From assembly GCA_002269645.1 (NCBI GenBank), contig NIVC01000004.1:517971-581970 (forward strand): a stretch of 64,000 bases of DNA, in the 5' to 3' direction. The DNA is from Macrostomum lignano. Its lineage: Eukaryota. The position numbers and the translations under genes were made by a program. The notes beneath the pieces are model-generated. The model did no database searches. It was not told the DNA's origin and was given only the letters and a program-made list of their open reading frames with translations. Below, in pieces: positions 51,955 to 64,000 of this stretch (positions are counted from its first letter, which is position 1; each line of letters begins with the position of its first letter).

Positions 51955-52985
51955 CGAAGCCAGACCCAATGCGACAGAAACAGACCCAATGGCACAGGTA
52001 CAGAACCAATATCATAGACACAGACCCAATGGCACACGTACAGAACCAATGTCATAGACACAGACCCAATGCCACAGACCCAATGCCACAGACCCAATGC
52101 CACAGACAGACACAATGCCACAGACAGACCCAATGCCACAGACCCAATGCCACAGACAGACACAATGCCACAGACCCAATGCCATAGACCCAATGCCCCA
52201 GACACAATGCCATAGACGCAATGCCATACACCCAATGCCACAGACAGACCCAATGCCATAGACCCAATGCCCCAGACACAATGCCATAGACGCAATGCCA
52301 TACACCCAATGCCACAGACACAATGCCATAGACGCAATGCCATACACCCAATGCCACAGACAGACACAATGCCATAGACACAATGTCATACACCCAATGC
52401 CACAGACAGACACAATGCCATAGACCCAATGCCACAGACCCAATGTCACAGACCCAATGCCACAGACCCAATGCCACAGACCCAATGCCACAGACAGACC
52501 CAATGCCATAGACCCAATGCCCCAGACACAATGCCATAGACGCAATGCCATACACCCAATGCCACAGACAGACCCAATGCCATAGACCCAATGCCCCAAA
52601 CACAATGCCATAGACGCAATGCCATACACCCAATGCCACAGACAGACACAATGCCATAGACCCAATGCCACAGACCCAATGCCACAGACAGACACAATGC
52701 CCCAGACCCAATGTCACAGACCCAATGCCATACACCCAATGCCACAGACCCAATGCCACAGACAGACACAATGCCACAGACAGACACAATGCCACAGACA
52801 GACACAATGCCCCAGACCCAATGTCACAGACCCAATGCCATACACCCAATGCCACAGACCCAATGCCACAGACAGACACAATGCCACAGACAGACACAAT
52901 GCCACAGACAGACACAATGCCACAGACCCAATGCCATAGACACAATGCCATACACCCAATGCCACAGACCCAGTGTCACAGACAG
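51955..52985 (+). repeat. Composite 14/18-bp minisatellite (cagacccaatgcca / cagacagacacaatgcca)n
   Basis: Tandem units with higher-order variation. Confidence 0.92.
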
Positions 52986-53361
52986 GAGACGTGAACTGTG
53001 ACACTGGGTGTGACACTGCCAATTTAGTCGTGTTTCAGACAGTAATTATGAATCAAGCAGGCTTGAAGTGCACGTTCACGTTTTACGGTTGAACTAGCAG
53101 AGACTGCCTGAGTTCAGCCTCTCTAGTAATGCTTCGGGTATCGCAAAGGCTGAGGTCTCCAAGGCTGCCATTAGAGAGGCAGTCTGACTAATTAAAGCAG
53201 CTCTGCTGTGGCCGGTAATTAGGCAGGGGAGTGGCTGGGCGGAGGCGGGCCTTCAAAAGGCACCAGCGCTGCTTTCGCTTTGCCTAATGCTTCACTGCAC
53301 TTTGCCCGCACTAGCATTGTTCTGTTGCACTACTGAGCTCAGAATGTTTTGGGCTTTGGGT

Positions 53362-54052
53362 TTGTGTCTGTGGCATTAGGTCTGTGGCATTGGGTCTGTG
53401 GCATTGGGTCTGTGGCATTGGGTCTGTGGCATTGGGTGTATGGCATTGTGTCTATGGCATTGTGTCTGTGGTATTGTGTCTGTGGCATTGTCTGTTACAC
53501 TGTGTGACACTGTCTGTGACACTGTCTGTGACACTGTCTGTGACACTGTCTGTGACACTGTCTGTGACACTGTCTGTGACACTGTCTGTGACACTGTCTG
53601 TGACACTGTCTGTGACACTGTCTGTGACACTGTCTGTGACACTGTCTGTGACACTGTCTGTGACACTGTCTGTGACACTGTCTGTGACACTGTCTGTGAC
53701 ACTGTCTGTGACACTGTCTGTGACACTGTCTGTGACACTGTCTGTGACACTGTCTGTGACACTGTCTGTGACACTGTCTGTGACACTGTCTGTGACACTG
53801 TCTGTGACACTGTCTGTGACACTGTCTGTGACACTGTCTGTGACACTGTCTGTGACACTGTCTGTGACACTGTCTGTGACACTGTCTGTGACACTGTCTG
53901 TGACACTGTCTGTGACACTGTCTGTGACACTGTCTGTGACACTGTCTGTGACACTGTCTGTGACACTGTCTGTGACACTGTCTGTGACACTGTCTGTGAC
54001 ACTGTCTGTGACACTGTCTGTGACACTGTCTGTGACACTGTCTGTGACACTG
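53362..54052 (-). repeat. Same family in inverted orientation (tgtggcattgggtc)n grading into 12-bp (tgtctgtgacac)n
   Basis: 14-mer part 53362-53492; homogeneous 12-mer part 53500-54052. Confidence 0.93.
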
Positions 54053-54991
54053 TAAGCTCGGATCGTCCACAGTTTCTCAGCTTCGTTCTTCCGATCCATT
54101 CTGAAATCGACCCTCAAAAGATGAAAGACAGTAAAGCCTGAGTTTCTAATTTAGCAAATAAATATGCAGCCGAATGCAGTTCGGAGGCGCGGTGGATTTC
54201 AGCTGACACTGAGTCGAGTCAGCTGATGTTTCACTATTTAAAGCGCAAAGCATTTCCTGGACAACCGGCTACTGTACACAAATCGCAGTTGGAAAGGCGC
54301 AAAGAATAGCAAAACAGAGAAACATCGAGTCTTTCATGGCTAGAAGCAATTAAATTAGCGACTTAGACAGAGGTATGAGAAAGTTAAGGTTCGCAGAGGG
54401 GACAGCGGGCAAAGCAAAAATTGTTGCTATCGTGTAGAATTTGCTACGAAATTCAGTTCCTATTATCAAATTAATTCTAAGCTGCCGCTATCTTGCTACT
54501 AACAGTAGTGAGTGGCGGCGGGCGAAATTCGCAAAGCGGAGAAGGCGGGTCCGGGCTGCGGGAGGCCAAGGCGAGCGCACAGTGCAGAATAAGTTGTCAT
54601 GGACAGCTATGACCGCGGACGCAAACTGCAGGAGCTCTGTGAGTTCGGTGAGGGAGACATGTATGGCTGCCAATCTACAATGCCAGCAAGCATAGGCGGA
54701 ATACTGCCAGCCGGGCCGGGGCTCAAGGCTGCTGGTTAGAACTGGAACGAATGCCAAACAGAGGAACAAAACTTGAATGCAACAAACATATCAGATAATC
54801 TGCACAGCAACTACAGAGCATTTTTGTCAGTCAGTGAAAGCGAGAAGCGCAGCGGTGGGTCCGAGGATGAGGCGGCCATCAGAGTCTTAGCAACAGTTTT
54901 TTTTCCAAATGAATCTCGGCACACTTTGAAACAGTTCCGTATCCAAAGGGAAACTTGCGGTTGCTATGCTGTTGACAGGCTGGCCAAGCCG

Positions 54992-59805
<4,814 letters not shown>

Positions 59806-59857
59806 TCTGAAATGAGAAGTTTGTTTACTTTTTGGTAAGTATTTGTTATGTGCATAT

Positions 59858-60226
<369 letters not shown>

Positions 60227-63114
60227 TCCACTCCATCGATAACTTGTTCTACCGAAGTCTTTACGCCCCAAATCCAATTGGTTTAACCCAGAGGGGAAGA
60301 AGACCGGCAGGGTATCCCACGCAAGACGCAGGCGCTGCTGCCCGCGCAGGCCCGGTTTCACTTTCCCGCCTTTGTCACGCGCGCCCAAAGCTGTTCCATT
60401 AAAACAAAACACAGTCGGGCCTTTCCAGCTTCTCCACCCTTTTTCCATCCGATGGGGAAGAGAGTCTGAGCCCCGTGGGCCGGCTCGGGACTCGGACAGT
60501 ATGGGATGCGGCGCTTGCCTTGGGCAGCTTATCCAGCAAATGCCTATAAAAACTCTAACCGCCAGCTCAAAAACAGTTGGCCTGTTGAAACTGGCAGTGT
60601 GCTGAATTCTGCGCCCGCGCTCCGCTGCGATTGACCTGACTGGTGGGGCCGGGCTGGACATTCCACAGCTGAGTGCTGCCCTTACACTAATCCGTACACT
60701 AATCCCCTGTGGATTAGCGTTAAAAGCAACATGGATTTTAATGCATTTTTTTTCAATTCAAACTTGACACGCGCAAATCAGCTGATCGACGCTTCATTGT
60801 CTATGGGCCAAACCGGGCTATGATGGCAATTAGAATGAAAATGTGTCATTTCTGGGAACTCTCGTCAGCCGGAGCGTCAGCCACTAATTCCTAATAACTG
60901 CATTCATATTTCATGACTGATCCCAGCAATTTCCGATAGAAATGGGTTGCCGGTTGCGGAGGCGAGAAAAGAATAATATATTCCCTGGGAGCTGAGGACC
61001 GCGGAGCTAATCAAAACTCAGCAGTGGGATCGAATGCTGATCTGACCGGCCTCACGCAATGGGACCCACTCAGCCGCTGTGGTCAGTCCAACTCCAGAGC
61101 GACAACTCACACCAGGATGCTCAGGGATCTTAGCCCAAGCGGCACTCCCAGCGGAAGCCGGGCCGGCACTTCAGCCGAGGCTCCGGCGCACTCACTTGGA
61201 AGACCAGCCAGCGCGACTTTCTCGCTGAACTCGAGTGGCCGGTGGCGGCTATGCAGGCGGGCGCGGCAGAGCGGCTGCTCAGATGGAAGCATCGCCTCAA
61301 AGTGCTCCGCCGCGGGGCTAGCAGGGCTATTGTGCTGCGGCAATTGTCAAAACTCGGCTGGCATGAGGAATCGCCGGCTCAAGAGATGCAAATTTGGCAT
61401 CGCCAAAGCACAGAGGGGGAGGGGCTGCCTACTGCAGATAAATGGCTTGGGGCAGCGGGGAGCAAAGGGGGAGTGGGAGAGACCGGGAAGGGAGAGGAGA
61501 GGTGCGGCTTGGGGAAGTCCTCCAGCGTACGCGGCAGGCGGGGTTGCGCGCCGGCCTGGGGGTGGACCGCAGCCCGGCTGGTCGATGGTCCGTAGCCGCG
61601 AGGGCAGGGAGGGGGCGGCCTCCACTTTCGTCGCCCAAGCCAGCGGCCACTCAGCAGGTCGGAGCCGCTGAAGTGGAGAGGCTGCCTCTCCCCTCTCTGT
61701 CTCTACCCTCTCCTTCTCTATTTTTCTTTGCACAGGCAGGAGGAGCTCCCACCGGTCCTTCAGCCGCACCGTTTCTCCTCAGCACACACTGAGCGCCCGT
61801 CCCACTCTGACAATAATTCCACAATGGGCATGCGGGGCTTTTAGTGGGCGTTTCTTATCTCATTCTCCTTTGACGATGAAATGTTTAATCAGCGGCCACT
61901 CGGAAGAACTGCCGGGCCAATAGCCTGGATGCGTGAATTAAAATGCGAAATGGGACAGTTGTGAGCCGAGGCACTGAGGTACTTTAGCGCTGGCCAGGGA
62001 GAGCCGGTGCTCCTGCCGCTGGGCTGCTCTTATCTGGGGCTGCGGATCGGGCCGGCCTGGACTGCTGCCAAGCTGCCGATGCGTCAGCGACGCGGAGCGG
62101 GGCGCGGGGAGAAGGCTGAGTGACGGCAGTCAGCGATCCCGAGGCGAGAGGCGGCTGACGAGCCCCCGCTAAACGGCAGAAGCTGAGGAGAAGAGAGTCG
62201 AAGAAAGAAAGAAAGAACGAAGGCTGCTGGCTAAAAAGGTGCCGAAAGCAAGCCGAACCTCTGCCACGGGCGGAGGAAAACAAAGGACTTCGGCTGGATT
62301 AAAAATAGAATCGAGGATTTGGGAAGGGAGCGGTTAGCGAGGAAGCGAGAGATTAGAGGGGGAGATTAGAGAGGAGAGAAGAGAGAGGAGAGAGGAGAGG
62401 GGAGAGGGAAGAAAGGAGAGGGAGAAAAGAGATGGGAGAAAAGAGAGGGTAAAGAGGAGGTGAGAGGGAAAAGGAGCCTGGAGGAAGCAGGGATCGAGAA
62501 GACATGAGATTGATCTGGACTGCACTGAAAGAGGAAAGCGCTGCTGAACCAGGGCGCAACAAACCCAGTGCCTGCCGGGCAAGCCTGGAGAGGCTGAGGC
62601 AGCATTAAAATTTATCGCCTCTGAACGGTCCAGCTGCCTCCGATCCGTTCATCCCTGAACCAGCGCTCCCCCAGCCGAGCTTCCGGCAGGCGGACTTCCC
62701 CGCTGACCCGCCGCGGGCAGCGGTCCGCCGCTTCGAGAGCAAGCAGCAATCGATGCCGCACTGTCGAAGGATTTTGTTGCAGCCGGCTCTGCTTTTGCAG
62801 ACAAGTTTCAGCGGCTATTCTTTTCGTTTTTCGTCTATTTTAGCAGCAAGTTTTCTTTCATGTATTTGCTCTGCTATTGCCCGTTTGTGAGCAAACTCGC
62901 CTGCCCTTGCCGGGCGGCCTGAGGCGGCCGGCCGGTCCAACTGAGCGGGCAGGAAGCTGCGAACTGCTGCACCGATGATGGGAGTGGTGGAAACTGGGCG
63001 AAGACGAGAACGAGACCTGAATGCGAAATGATGAAGGAGTCTTCCTGGAAAAGGAGGGCTGAGCAGCTTTGTGCGCTCAACACTGGAGAGTTTGCTGCTC
63101 AGCTAAGGGTGATC

Positions 63115-63950
63115 TGTGGTGTGACTCTGAGGTGACTGATGTGACTCTGACGTGACTGGTGTGACTCTGAGGTGACTGATGTGACTCTGACGTGACTGGT
63201 GTGACTCTGAGGTGACTGATGTGACTCTGACGTGACTGGTGTGACTCTGAGGTGACTGATGTGACTCTGACGTGACTGACTCTGAGACTGATGTGACTCT
63301 GACGTGACTGGTGTGACTCTGAGGTGACTGATGTGACTCTGAGGTGACGGATGTGACTCTGACGTGACTGGTGTGACTCTGAGGTGACTGATGTGACTCT
63401 GACGTGACTGGTGTGACTCTGAGGTGACTGATGTGACTCTGAGGTGACTGGTGTGACTCTGACGTGACTGGTGTGACTCTGAGGCTGACTGATGTGACTC
63501 TGAGGTGACGGATGTGACTCTGACGTGACTGATGTGACTCTGAGCGTGACTGGATGTGACTCTGACGTGACTGGTGTGACTCTGAGGTGACTTGATGTGA
63601 CTCTGACGTGACTGGTGTGACTCTGAGGTGACTGATGTGACTCTGACGTGACTGGTGTGACTCTGAGGTGACTGATGTGACTCTGAGGTGACTGTGTGAC
63701 TCTGAGGTGACTGATGTGACTCTGAGAGGTGACTGTGTGTGACTCTGACGTGACTGATGTGACTCTGAGGTGACGATGTGACTCTGACGTGACTGATGTG
63801 ACTCTGACGTGACTGGTGTGACTCTGACGTGACTGATGTGACTCTGAGGTGACTGATTGTGACTCTGACTGACTGGTGTGACTCTGAGGTGACGGATTGT
63901 GACTCTGACGTGACTGATGTGACTCTGCATGTGACTGGTGTAGACTCTGA
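63115..63950. repeat. 20-bp alternating minisatellite (gtgactctgaggtgactgat / gtgactctgacgtgactggt)n
   Basis: Tandem units with occasional indels. Confidence 0.93.
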
Positions 63951-64000
63951 TTGGTGACTCAGGGTTTCCTATTGGTGACTCATTCGAGAATAATTGGTGA

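Noticed and set aside
60900-62700. Several 70-215 aa GC-rich ORFs upstream of the innexin (also 42560-44600 and 1-1700)
   Set aside because: They overlap on both strands with no motifs or consistent splice chain, which is typical of GC-rich promoter or intergenic DNA.

Overview
Eukaryotic (invertebrate) genomic DNA with GT-AG introns, GC3-rich exons and many minisatellites. Innexin, a myosuppressin/DMSR-like GPCR and the repeat style suggest a free-living flatworm such as Macrostomum (inference only). Six genes were reconstructed by hand from splice sites and frame continuity: a PLEKHG7-like DH-PH RhoGEF (+, ~4.25-20.3 kb), a DCDC2-like tandem-doublecortin protein with three C-terminal IQ-like motifs (-, 22.2-27.4 kb), an alpha-arrestin (-, 29.0-31.1 kb), SF3B5 (-, 32.1-32.3 kb), a class A peptide GPCR (+, 46.7-50.1 kb) and an innexin (-, 55.0-59.8 kb). 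A seventh, possibly broken gene lies at 38.7-39.9 kb (-). Most long introns hold their own private minisatellite. An AT-rich island at ~32.85-37.6 kb carries four different TIR/TSD-bounded non-autonomous DNA transposons and a type I hammerhead-ribozyme-like fold of the Penelope type. Two tRNA-derived SINE families are present, and one copy has its Pol III A-box amplified into a ~15-copy array. No rRNA, true tRNA or CRISPR was found. All calls are by eye and from recalled family motifs; no searches were run.
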